Shown here: positions 30,417 through 40,117 of the stretch, piece by piece
Numbering within the stretch: position 1 is the stretch's first letter
How the letters are laid out: each line of letters opens with the position of its first letter
Source: an uncultured Ignavibacteria bacterium
GTDB lineage: Bacteria; Zixibacteria; MSB-5A5; RBG-16-43-9
DNA length: 64,000 nt
Assembly: GCA_964570765.1 (NCBI GenBank)
Contig: CAZMZF010000010.1
Span: forward strand, 19,345 to 83,344
Direction of reading: 5' to 3'
Notes under the pieces: generated by a model
Databases searched by the model: none
Seen by the model: the letters and a program-made list of their open reading frames with translations, nothing else
Told to the model about the DNA's origin: nothing
Position numbers and translations under genes: made by a program

Positions 30417-31451
30417 TTGGAGAGATGGCATGAAATAGTGGGGGCAATACATATCCATTCAATAGATTCGGATGGGACCAAGTCTATACCGGATATAGCT
30501 AAGATCGGGGATAGGATAGGGCTTGATTTCCTGATGTTCTCCGACCATATGACTCTAAAATCATATCAATCTGGTTTGGAAGGGGTATATGGTAAAACAC
30601 TGGTCATAATCGGGTATGAGATTCATGATAAACAGAACAAGAACCATTATCTGACTTTCAATCTGAAGGAGACCTTACCTTTTGGGCTCTCACCTCTGGA
30701 ATATGTAAAACAGGTAAAAGAAAAAGGAGGATTGGGAATAATTGCTCATCCGGACGAGATCCGCAAAGATTTGCCCAAATATCCAGCCTATCCCTGGACC
30801 GCCTGGGAGGCAAAAGAGTTTGATGGTATAGAGATCTGGAATCAGATGTCCGAATGGATGGAGAAATTAACCAGGTTTAATCAGATTAAGATGCTTTTCT
30901 CACCGCGAAAATCCTTAGATAGCCCAACCGAGAGAATCTTGAGCAAATGGGATGAGCTGAACCAGAAAAGAAAAGTCTGCGGTATAGGAGCTATAGATGC
31001 TCACGCTCATCCTCATAAATTAGGTCCCTTGAAATTGATAATCTTTCCCTATGAGGTGCAGTTCAAATCCATTCGCACCCATCTGGTTTTAGACCAGCCC
31101 TTATCTTCAGATTTTGAAAAAGGGAAAGCCCAGATATTTTCCGCACTTTTAAACTGCAACGCTTTCGCCTCCAATTTCAAAAGGGGAGAGGCAAGAGGAT
31201 TTCTTTTTTATGCTGAAGGGAAGAAAGATATGGCAAAAATAGGGGAGGAGATAAGATTAGAGGAAATAGATAGCCTAATCGCAAAAACTCCAGCTAAAGC
31301 TGAAATAAGATTGATTCATAATGGGAAGTTGATATATAAAACAAAAGGGAAAGAATTAGTTTGTCATCCGAAAGAAAAAGGGATTTATAGAATAGAAGCA
31401 TTTAAAAGGGATAAAGGGTGGATTTTTTCAAATCATATAAGGATTGTTTGA
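30417..31451 (+). CDS. PHP-like (CehA/McbA-type) metal-dependent hydrolase
   Basis: IHIHSIDSDG N-terminal PHP motif plus later His/Asp ligands (FSDHM, IAHPDE, DAHAHPH). Confidence 0.55.
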   Translation: MERWHEIVGAIHIHSIDSDGTKSIPDIAKIGDRIGLDFLMFSDHMTLKSYQSGLEGVYGKTLVIIGYEIHDKQNKNHYLTFNLKETLPFGLSPLEYVKQVKEKGGLGIIAHPDEIRKDLPKYPAYPWTAWEAKEFDGIEIWNQMSEWMEKLTRFNQIKMLFSPRKSLDSPTERILSKWDELNQKRKVCGIGAIDAHAHPHKLGPLKLIIFPYEVQFKSIRTHLVLDQPLSSDFEKGKAQIFSALLNCNAFASNFKRGEARGFLFYAEGKKDMAKIGEEIRLEEIDSLIAKTPAKAEIRLIHNGKLIYKTKGKELVCHPKEKGIYRIEAFKRDKGWIFSNHIRIV

Positions 31452-31884
31452 ATTTGCAATAGAATTTAAAGAAGTTCTGTAGTGTAAGGCTTTAATTTTA
31501 CTAAATATTAGAGAAGGGGTATCTTCATTTTCTAATGTCGATGAATCATAAACCTATATGAAACATCTCTATTAATAAACTCCTCTTTTTCGTATTAAAT
31601 TGATAGAATGGTTTTATTAGGGTTCGATAAATCGAACCCTTACTGTAGGGGCTTGATTTATTCCGCCAAGGGCGGATTTTGTTTATTGACATATTCTGGA
31701 TTTATATTAAATTGAATTTGATGAGCGAAAGTGCCGATAAATTGGGTGTAGGGACAGAATCCACCTAAGGCGGATTCTGTCCTATAATTAACAAGGCTAA
31801 AGCCTTGCTCTATGATTAAATCAAAATGACCTAATTTTAGTAAAGGTAGTCTATTAAATAACAGAGACTTATAACGGAGGCATA

Positions 31885-33933
31885 ATGAAATGGTTTAAGC
31901 CGATAAAAGCTTTACGGCTCGTAGAGTTGGATGTTATGGTTATTGGGCTTGCCTTTGTATTATTAGTCTTTTTGGGAAGTCCAAAAATATCTTACGGAGC
32001 TGAAAAGGGGACAATAGACTTAATTCAAGAGGCTTATGAAAGGGGGGAGATTGATTACCAGACCAGTTTAATCTACAAAGTTCAAACCATCCGTCAGCCT
32101 GAAAAGATACCTTCTAAATACAGGGCTAAAGTAGAGAAGATTCAGAAGGACGCTACTCCGATCTTATTAGAAGTTAAAAAGAGCTGGCCTGGGCTTTCTT
32201 CTGAAACGCAGGCAGTTTTAAAGACTCTTTTAGCCAGACCAGTCAGACCTTATTTTTATGATAGTCCTGAAGATCATTTTAAGATACATTATGACACAGC
32301 CGGAACTCATAAAGTTCCTCCTGCTGATTCAAACTTCAATGGGATCCCAGATTATGTTGAAAATTTAGCCCTTTACGCTGATAGTTCCTATCGAACAATG
32401 ATAACTTACTTAGGGTATAGAATTCCACCTTCAGATGGCATAGCGGGAGGAGATAGTAAATATGATATTTACACTGAAGATATGCCCTATTACGGATATA
32501 CACAGGGAGAATCACCCGGACCTGAGCCCTGGAACGATTATACCAGCTATATCTCAGTTCATAATGATTTCATTGGTTTCCCCCCGAACGATGACCCGGA
32601 AGGGGATCAGAAAGGGGCTATGAAGGTTACGGTTGGACATGAATATTTCCATGCAGTTCAATTTGCTTACGATATAGGAGAGGCTGAATGGTATATGGAG
32701 ATTTCCTCCACCTGGATGGAGGATGTGGCTTTTGATCCGGTGAATGATAACTACAACTATCTACCTACTTTCTTTAATTATCCGGATATCTCCTTGCAGG
32801 CAACAACAATGCACGAATATGCCAGTTTCATCTGGAACACCTATCTTTCTTCAAATTTCGACAACAATCTTATTAAGGATATCTGGGAAGGATGTATTTA
32901 CGGAACTGCGATAAACGAAATAAATCTTGCTCTTCAATCACGAGGGAGTAGTCGAGATGAGGAATTTAAGAAGTTTGCCGTATGGAATTACATTACCAAT
33001 ACCCGGGATGACGGATTGCACTACGAAGAAGGAACTCATTATCCTTTAATAAAACTGATGAGGACCCATTCTGCTTACCCGGTAACCAATAATAGCTCCA
33101 GTATGACCCCGGACAATTTATCCGCCAACTATATCCAGTTCAATCCCTCTGCGGGTTCTTATAACCTTAACATCAAATTCGATGGGCAGAATGGTTACCT
33201 CTGGGGAGCAAAAGCCTTAGGAGTGAAAATGGAGGGGGTTTATAATTATACAGAATTTGAGATCCCTTTAGATGATTCAGGTTTTGGAGAAAGTGTAATC
33301 CCAGATTTTAATAATTATAATTATGTGATCTTGATTCCCAGTGTCCTTTCCACCTCCGGTACTAATCTGAACTATCTTTATTCTGCCTGGCTGACCTCTG
33401 CCGATACTATATACAAAGTTGAAGTGACATCTATCTCCTACAAAGAAGTTATAAATGCCAGTCAAGATACCTCTTTCTTCTTTATTAGTAACACCGGCAT
33501 CGTTACCGATACTTATTCAGTGGTTATTTCAGATATAAAGGGATGGCTCCAGAATCCCGGTTCCTTCCTTGATACTTTAGACCCTGGTGAGACAGATACC
33601 ATAGAAGCTATTTCTCAAATACCTTATGATTTGACTCTCCTTACAGCAGATTCCTTAAAATTGGTTTTGGTATCTCTATCCATTCCCATATTAAAAGATT
33701 CTGCTCAAGTAGTTTTAAGTGTTGTAGCACGAAGAGGAGATACTAATAATAACGGCTCTATCTCAATATCAGATATAGTTTATTTAATTAATTATCTATT
33801 GAAGGGCGGACCCCCTCCTCATTATTATATTACTGGAGATGTCAACTGCGATGGCACAGTTTCGATATCTGATGTCGTCTATCTGATAAATTACCTGTTC
33901 AAATCCGGACCACCGCCATGTTTTCCTGGGTAA
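31885..33933 (+). CDS. Secreted HEXXH zinc-metalloprotease-like protein with a C-terminal tandem dockerin-like module
   Basis: Signal peptide. HEYFHAVQ...E motif. Regions paralogous to 22886..24853 (HFKIH, NGxPDYV, KYDIY, YWMEMSxTWMED). C-terminal GDTNNNGSISISDIVYLINYLLKGGP + GDVNCDGTVSISDVVYLINYLFKSGP. Confidence 0.6.
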   Translation: MKWFKPIKALRLVELDVMVIGLAFVLLVFLGSPKISYGAEKGTIDLIQEAYERGEIDYQTSLIYKVQTIRQPEKIPSKYRAKVEKIQKDATPILLEVKKSWPGLSSETQAVLKTLLARPVRPYFYDSPEDHFKIHYDTAGTHKVPPADSNFNGIPDYVENLALYADSSYRTMITYLGYRIPPSDGIAGGDSKYDIYTEDMPYYGYTQGESPGPEPWNDYTSYISVHNDFIGFPPNDDPEGDQKGAMKVTVGHEYFHAVQFAYDIGEAEWYMEISSTWMEDVAFDPVNDNYNYLPTFFNYPDISLQATTMHEYASFIWNTYLSSNFDNNLIKDIWEGCIYGTAINEINLALQSRGSSRDEEFKKFAVWNYITNTRDDGLHYEEGTHYPLIKLMRTHSAYPVTNNSSSMTPDNLSANYIQFNPSAGSYNLNIKFDGQNGYLWGAKALGVKMEGVYNYTEFEIPLDDSGFGESVIPDFNNYNYVILIPSVLSTSGTNLNYLYSAWLTSADTIYKVEVTSISYKEVINASQDTSFFFISNTGIVTDTYSVVISDIKGWLQNPGSFLDTLDPGETDTIEAISQIPYDLTLLTADSLKLVLVSLSIPILKDSAQVVLSVVARRGDTNNNGSISISDIVYLINYLLKGGPPPHYYITGDVNCDGTVSISDVVYLINYLFKSGPPPCFPG

Positions 33934-35204
33934 GCCCAATCCTTTTCTTTAAATTCTTTTAGATGCTTATAAGGCCTCCAGGCAGGGGAGAGGATATGAG
34001 GTATTTTAACCCGGCCTAGGAGCCGGCCCCAGGTAAGAGTAAATTCCCCGTAGCGGTCATTTATCTCATCCATAGCCTCCAGCAAAATCTGTTTTCTCCA
34101 TTCCTCTCCTGCGGATCCGTTCCCGGGTTTAAATAAAGATAACTGACCTGTTCCCTTTATCAGGTTGGAAACACTAACCCCGATTAATCTAACCCCCAGG
34201 GTCTCGATATTTATCTGATCTAAGATGGAAAGGGCAGTTTGATAAATTTCCCTTTCATCATCTATGAACTTTTTCAAAGTTTTTTGCTGGGAGAAATGGG
34301 AGAAATCCGGAAAACGAATCACCAGAAAAACAGTTTTCCCTTTATAACATTTTCTTCTTAATCTTCTAGCTACCTGCTCGGATAAGCCCAGAAGATACCT
34401 TTCTGCCTCCTCCCGATTATGGGTATCCTGAGGCAGGGTTATAGAATGCCCTACCGACTTAGTTTTCTCCTCGATTTCGGCTAGGAGAACCGGACCTCCA
34501 TCTAAACCTGAAGCCATCCGGTGTAAAGCTCTGCCAACCTTGCCGAATTTGTTTTCTAACAGTTCAACTGGATAACGGGAAAGCTCGCCGCAGGTATGGA
34601 TTCCCAATTTATTCAGATAAAAAGTTAGTCTTGGACCTATCCCGCATATCTCTGAGATGGGTAAATCCTCTAAAACTTCAGAGATTTTTTCGTCTTTTAT
34701 CCAGAACAAGCCATCCGGTTTTTTCATATCTGAGGCTAACTTGGCTAAAAGCCTGGTAGAGGCTATTCCTATGGAACAGGTTAATCCTAATTCCTTTTTT
34801 ATTCTTTTTTTAATCTTTTCCGCTACCTGAAGCGGATTGCCGAATAATCTTTCGGTTCCAGTTATATCCAGGAACGATTCGTCTATGGAGAAAACTTCAA
34901 CTATGGGAGTGAACTCTTTAAAAATACTACCAAGCTTTAAGGAGATTTCCACATATTTGTCCGGGTCACATCGAATTAGAATTCCTTGAGAACACACTTT
35001 TTTTGCCTGCCATAGAAGCATACCAGTTTTGACCCCATAAGCTCTGGCTTCATAAGAGGATGTGGAGACCACACTTCTACCCTCAGGATTTCCGCAGACT
35101 ATAATCGGCTTTTCCCTTAAAAAGGGGTTAGACTTCTGTTCTACTGAGGCGAAAAAGGCATCCATATCTATATGTAAAATGGTTTTTTTCTTCTTGGGTT
35201 CCAT
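33891..35204 (-). CDS. dinB: DNA polymerase IV (Y-family)
   Basis: ILHIDMDAFFASVEQ catalytic motif. IMPB/UmuC palm, finger and little-finger arrangement. Confidence 0.85.
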   Translation of the reverse strand: MEPKKKKTILHIDMDAFFASVEQKSNPFLREKPIIVCGNPEGRSVVSTSSYEARAYGVKTGMLLWQAKKVCSQGILIRCDPDKYVEISLKLGSIFKEFTPIVEVFSIDESFLDITGTERLFGNPLQVAEKIKKRIKKELGLTCSIGIASTRLLAKLASDMKKPDGLFWIKDEKISEVLEDLPISEICGIGPRLTFYLNKLGIHTCGELSRYPVELLENKFGKVGRALHRMASGLDGGPVLLAEIEEKTKSVGHSITLPQDTHNREEAERYLLGLSEQVARRLRRKCYKGKTVFLVIRFPDFSHFSQQKTLKKFIDDEREIYQTALSILDQINIETLGVRLIGVSVSNLIKGTGQLSLFKPGNGSAGEEWRKQILLEAMDEINDRYGEFTLTWGRLLGRVKIPHILSPAWRPYKHLKEFKEKDWAYPGKHGGGPDLNR

Positions 35205-35601
35205 AACTTAGACCTCATAGGCAGAAGCTGGTTCTCTTTCCCCTTGAGGGAGAGAGTTAGAGAGAGGGGTCACCCTCCCCTTGCCCCTCCCATCAAGGGA
35301 GGGGGAACCTATATATACCTTTCGTAGCGCCCTACCTCTGCATCGGGCGTTACCGATTGAATCCAATATAATATACTGCACAGATGTGCAGTTGTCAAGG
35401 GAAAAATGAAAGATAAATAACGAATGCCTGATATCGGATGATGAATTAGAAGATAGGGCAAGCCTCTTGACCTGCTTTATTTATCGAAGTGACAGGAAAT
35501 TCATCCAGAGGGAACAAAAAAATGATTGACAAATATAAAAAAAGAAGTATTCTAAAAGTAGAAGATAGTTAGAACATTAAGCTTTTATGATTGGAGGAGT
35601 T

Positions 35602-37065
35602 ATGAAAAAGATAGTTATATTTCTGGCTGTGACATTTATTTTCTTTAACTTTACTTATGCCAAAATACACTGGGTGCCTTCCGCTTATCTAGCAACTATT
35701 CAAGGGGGGATAGATATAGCTAAAAACGGAGATACAGTTTTAGTCCTGCCAGGAGTCTATTATGAAAATATCAATTTCAAAGGGAAGAAGATTTTGGTAG
35801 CGAGCAAATATATATTAGATCAAAAGGATAGCACCATCTTAAATACCATTATAGATGGAAACAACAAAGCTTCAGTTGTTACTTTTAATTCAAATGAAGA
35901 TTCTACTGCATCAATCCAGGGATTTACTATAACACATGGATGGAATTGGTCAGGTGGTGGTATTTTATGTTATAACTCTTCTCCCAAGATAATACATAAT
36001 AGGATTGAGGAAAATATAGCAGCACCATTCCTTACACCAGGAGGTTCCTCAGGAGGTGGTATTTGTTGTTACAATTGCTCTGCTATAATTGAATATAATC
36101 ATATAACAAAGAATCAATGTCTGGCTGATATGACATTCGGTTTTGGTGGAGGAATTTTCATCACAGGAAAAGGGGCTCCCATCATTAGATATAATATAAT
36201 TAATTTCAACAGAGTTGATGGGGTTGGAGGAGGTATATCTGTCATAGACACTTCCTCTGCTCTAATTTACAATAATACCATTATCCATAATAGTGCTGTA
36301 TTTGGAGGAGGTATATACACAAGCAACGCTAAAATATCTAACAATATCATAACATTTAACTCTGATGGGATAAAAATTGATAGCTTGTTTGGAAATCACT
36401 ACAATCCGATTCTTAATTATAATGATTTTTGGGGAAATAAACAAAGCAACTTATCTGGCTTTCCTCCTGAGTTTGGTGATACTACATGGGGATTAAATCC
36501 GAATGGAGTGCCCTGTGATAGTTTCTATAATATCATCCGTGACCCGCTTTTTGTTGACATTAAAAATTCTAATTATCATCTTACAGTTAATTCCCCCTGT
36601 ATCGATGCTGGTGACCCGAAATCACCTTTAGACCCGGATACTACTATTGCAGATATAGGAGCTTTTTATTATCCTCATACCCAAACCTTTGTTAAAGATG
36701 ATAACCGAAATTTGCCAGTAAAGTATGAGCTATCTCAGAATTATCCCAATCCCTTTAACCCTTCTACCAACATACTCTTCAGCGTTTATGGTTCACAGTT
36801 CATAGTTCATAGTCCCATCCACGAAAAGGCGGTTAATAGTTCATTGTTCATGGTAGATAGTCCCATCCACACCACCCTGAAAGTCTATAATGTCAAAGGG
36901 CAGTTGGTAAGAACTTTAGTGGATGAAGAAAAAGCACCTGGGAATTACAATGTTATCTGGGATGGGAGGAATGATTCAGGAAAGGAGGTATCAAGCGGGA
37001 TATATTTCTATCAGTTGAAGAATAAGGACTATACTGATACTAAGAAGATGGTTTTGGTGAGGTAG
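35602..37065 (+). CDS. Secreted right-handed parallel beta-helix repeat protein with a T9SS-type C-terminal sorting domain
   Basis: ggagg RBS before the ATG at 35602. Signal peptide. Repeated GGG(I/F) PbH1 turns. Canonical CTD (NYPNPFNPST...LKVYNVKGQLVRTL...YNVIWDGRNDSGKEVSSGIYFYQL). Confidence 0.7.
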   Translation: MKKIVIFLAVTFIFFNFTYAKIHWVPSAYLATIQGGIDIAKNGDTVLVLPGVYYENINFKGKKILVASKYILDQKDSTILNTIIDGNNKASVVTFNSNEDSTASIQGFTITHGWNWSGGGILCYNSSPKIIHNRIEENIAAPFLTPGGSSGGGICCYNCSAIIEYNHITKNQCLADMTFGFGGGIFITGKGAPIIRYNIINFNRVDGVGGGISVIDTSSALIYNNTIIHNSAVFGGGIYTSNAKISNNIITFNSDGIKIDSLFGNHYNPILNYNDFWGNKQSNLSGFPPEFGDTTWGLNPNGVPCDSFYNIIRDPLFVDIKNSNYHLTVNSPCIDAGDPKSPLDPDTTIADIGAFYYPHTQTFVKDDNRNLPVKYELSQNYPNPFNPSTNILFSVYGSQFIVHSPIHEKAVNSSLFMVDSPIHTTLKVYNVKGQLVRTLVDEEKAPGNYNVIWDGRNDSGKEVSSGIYFYQLKNKDYTDTKKMVLVR

Positions 37066-37311
37066 AACCTCTCCCTAACCCTCTCCTACGAGGAGAGGGG
37101 ATTAAAGGTAGGGGCAGGTTTCAAACCTGCCTCTACAAATACGGAACGTAGGGGTTTGATTTATCGAACCCACATTGGCTCTTCTCAGAACAGAAATTTC
37201 TAAAGTCAAAATATTTCAAGCAAAAAATTAAATTTTGAAGTTGACTTTTACTTTTTCAATCTAATATATTCAGTTTAGTAAAAAACAAATCTCATCCAAC
37301 GGAGGTAAAAA

Positions 37312-38418
37312 GTGAAGGTCACCATCAGCGTAATCAAAGCAGACATCGGCAGTATCGGTGGGCATATAAAGCCCAGCCAGAGATTAAAAGATTCAGTTAG
37401 GGATTACATACAGGAAAATGGTTTAAAGAAAGGGCTGGTCATCGATAGCTATATCAGCTCTACCGGAGACGATATAGCAATTCTTATGACTCATAAAACG
37501 GGGAAGTTAAATTCTGGAATCCATAAGTTAGCCTGGGATGCCTTTGTGGCTGGAACCAGTGTGGCGAAAAAACAGGGGCTGTATGGAGCAGGGCAGGACC
37601 TTTTAAAAGATGCTTTTTCAGGGAATGTCAAAGGTATGGGACCGGCTGTAGCGGAGCTGGAAATAGAGGAAAGACCAAATGAATCTTTCCTTTTCTTTGC
37701 TGCGGACAAGACTGACCCAGGTGCCTATAGTCTGCCTTTATATTTAAGCTTTGCTGACCCAATGCATAATGCTGGATTGTTACTTTCTCCGGGAATGAGC
37801 AAGGGGTTTAAATTTACCATTATGGACGTAGCGTATACCGAGGCTGACCGGGTGATTGAGCTTTATGCTCCTGACAATCTTTATGATATAGCTGCCCTTT
37901 TGAGAGATAACCAGAGGTTTGTGATCGAATCTATACATTCTAAAAATTCCGGTGAGCTGGCAGCCGCAGTCAGCACAACCAGATTACATAATATCGCTGG
38001 GAAATATACCGGCAAGGATGACCCGGTCTGTTTAGTCCGGGTTCAGGGAAACTTTCCTGCCACGGGCGAGGTTTTATCTCCTTATAGTATAGGCCATTTT
38101 GTAGCTGGATTTATGCGAGGCAGCCATACAGGACCTTTGATGCCGGTGAAAGCCAATTCTACCATTTCATTCTTTGATGGTCCCCCGGTTGTATCTGCTC
38201 AAGCCTTCTCCATGAAAGAAGGCGTGTTAACCGAACCAGCAGACGCCTTTGACCAGCCTTTCTGGGATTACGTACGGGACAGGGTTTCTCAGAAGGCTAT
38301 CGATATACGCCAACAGGGTTTCTCCGGTTGTGCTATGCTACCTTATTCAGAGCTGGAATATGGAGGGATAGTAGAAAAGCTTAAAGAGTTAGATAAGAAG
38401 TTTGTGGTTCGTAAATAG
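37312..38418 (+). CDS. fbp: Fructose-1,6-bisphosphate aldolase/phosphatase (class V, archaeal-type bifunctional FBPase)
   Basis: N-terminus MKVTISVIKADIGSIGGH...GDDIAILMTH matches the hallmark of the class V FBP aldolase/phosphatase family. Length about 368 aa. Confidence 0.85.
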   Translation: MKVTISVIKADIGSIGGHIKPSQRLKDSVRDYIQENGLKKGLVIDSYISSTGDDIAILMTHKTGKLNSGIHKLAWDAFVAGTSVAKKQGLYGAGQDLLKDAFSGNVKGMGPAVAELEIEERPNESFLFFAADKTDPGAYSLPLYLSFADPMHNAGLLLSPGMSKGFKFTIMDVAYTEADRVIELYAPDNLYDIAALLRDNQRFVIESIHSKNSGELAAAVSTTRLHNIAGKYTGKDDPVCLVRVQGNFPATGEVLSPYSIGHFVAGFMRGSHTGPLMPVKANSTISFFDGPPVVSAQAFSMKEGVLTEPADAFDQPFWDYVRDRVSQKAIDIRQQGFSGCAMLPYSELEYGGIVEKLKELDKKFVVRK

Positions 38419-38503
38419 AAAAGAAAGATTACCCCACGTTGAGGGCAGCGTGGGGATACGATTTGGAGTGTAAACCTTTAGGTTTACCAAAAGGTAAAGA
38501 TAT

Positions 38504-38574
38504 GTAGGTCAAGCATGGCAAAGCCTGTTTGACAAAACAAGATGTCGAACAGTCCTTGGACATGGTCGATCTAC
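38504..38574. repeat. Composite repeat B+G, copy 2
   Basis: gtaggtcaagcatggcaaagcctgtttgacaaaac + gatgtcgaacagtccttggacatggtcgatctac. Confidence 0.55.
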
Positions 38575-38594
38575 GGAAATCCTGCAAATTTTTC

Positions 38595-38625
38595 TTGACA
38601 GTTAATTTCGCAAGTTATATATAAT
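38595..38625 (+). promoter_or_regulatory. Sigma-70-type promoter for tRNA-Gly
   Basis: TTGACA, a 17-19 nt spacer, then TATATAAT, ending about 12 nt before the tRNA 5' end. Confidence 0.5.
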
Positions 38626-38636
38626 TGCAGACTAAA

Positions 38637-38708
38637 GCGGGTGTAATTCAGCGGTAGAATGCAAGCTTCCCAAGCTTGACGTCGAGGGTTCAACTCCCTT
38701 CGCCCGCT
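38637..38708 (+). tRNA. tRNA-Gly (anticodon CCC)
   Basis: Cloverleaf GCGGGTG/TA/ATTCAGCGGTAGAAT/G/CAAGCTTCCCAAGCTTG/ACGTC/GAGGGTTCAACTCCCTT/CGCCCGC+T. A T-run follows. Confidence 0.85.
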
Positions 38709-38771
38709 TTTTTTAATTCTATCCTACGGATCCCTTTCGGGACAAATCCGTTCCAGGATTGGAGTTTTTAA

Positions 38772-40076
38772 GTGAAAATAAAATCGGTTGAAAGTAAAAG
38801 CCTGGCTGAAAGATATTCAATCCTGCCAGAAGATAAGATTTTAGAAATAAATGCTTATACTATAAAGGATTTGATTGACTATAAATATTATTCCAGCGAA
38901 GAAAAACTTAATTTAAAAATTAAAGATAAATCAGGCAAGATAAGGGAAGTTAAAATAACAAAAAAACCGGATCAGAACTTAGGGATAAATTTTGAGGAAA
39001 AAAGATGTAGAGGCTGTCCCAATAAATGTATCTTCTGTTTTGTTGACCAACTACCGAAAGACTTGAGGAAGCCACTCTATTTTAAAGACGAGGATTATCG
39101 TTTATCTTTTTTGCATGGTAATTTCATCACCTTGACTAATCTTTCGGAACAGGATATACAACGCATAATAAATCAAAGATTAAGCCCTTTATATATATCA
39201 GTTCATACGACCAATGAATCGCTTAGGAAAAAAATGCTGGGCAATCCTGAAGCGCCAGAAATTATACCCTTAATCCGGAGATTGGCAGAGCATAGAATCC
39301 AGATGCATACCCAGATAGTTCTGTGTCCGGAAATTAATGACGGAGCATATTTAGAGAAGTCGATTTATGAGCTTTCTTTATTCTACCACTGGGTAAAATC
39401 CTTAGCCATAGTACCAGTGGGATTGACCAAGTTCAGAAAAGGTCTGCCTGAATTAAAAGCGACTAATAAGGAATATGCAAAACAACTCATACGATTAGTT
39501 GACCATTGGCAAATCTATTTCAGGAAGAAATATGAATCCAATTTCGTCTATGCCGCAGACGAGTTTTATCTTTTAGCCGGGCTTGACAACCCCACAAAAA
39601 AATATTATGATGAATTTTATCAAATTGAGAATGGCGTGGGTCTGGTCAGGGAATTTTTAGATGATTTTAAAAGGAAGGAGGGGTTTTTACCTCGAAGTTT
39701 AAAACATAAATTCAGATTAACTTTGGTGACTGGAGAGTTAGCGTATAAATTTATGAGTGGTTATATCCTGAATAGGTTAAAAAAGATAAAAAACCTGAAG
39801 GTGAACTTGGTAAAAGTAAAAAATAATTTCCTGGGAGAAAGCGTAACCGTCACCGGCCTTTTAAGTGGTGGAGATATACTCAAAGCTCTAAAAAAGTCAG
39901 GAAAAAGTGACTTGATTATGCTGCCACCCAACTGTCTAAATCCGGATGGCCTTTTCTTAGATGATTTGAAGCCTCTTGATTTAGAGAAAGAATTAGGTAT
40001 AAAAATTGTTAAAGGATCGTACGATTTAGTTAAATCCTTGAAAAACATATCACCGGAGATAAAATCTGGAGTGTAA
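38772..40076 (+). CDS. DUF512-family radical SAM protein with an N-terminal PDZ-like domain
   Basis: CxxxCxxC motif (CPNKCIFC). Overall architecture and length (434 aa) are typical of PDZ plus radical-SAM plus DUF512 proteins. GTG start preceded by ggag. Confidence 0.65.
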   Translation: MKIKSVESKSLAERYSILPEDKILEINAYTIKDLIDYKYYSSEEKLNLKIKDKSGKIREVKITKKPDQNLGINFEEKRCRGCPNKCIFCFVDQLPKDLRKPLYFKDEDYRLSFLHGNFITLTNLSEQDIQRIINQRLSPLYISVHTTNESLRKKMLGNPEAPEIIPLIRRLAEHRIQMHTQIVLCPEINDGAYLEKSIYELSLFYHWVKSLAIVPVGLTKFRKGLPELKATNKEYAKQLIRLVDHWQIYFRKKYESNFVYAADEFYLLAGLDNPTKKYYDEFYQIENGVGLVREFLDDFKRKEGFLPRSLKHKFRLTLVTGELAYKFMSGYILNRLKKIKNLKVNLVKVKNNFLGESVTVTGLLSGGDILKALKKSGKSDLIMLPPNCLNPDGLFLDDLKPLDLEKELGIKIVKGSYDLVKSLKNISPEIKSGV

Positions 40077-40117
40077 ACCTTTAACTAAAGCTTTACACTT
40101 CAAAATTAATAATATCT

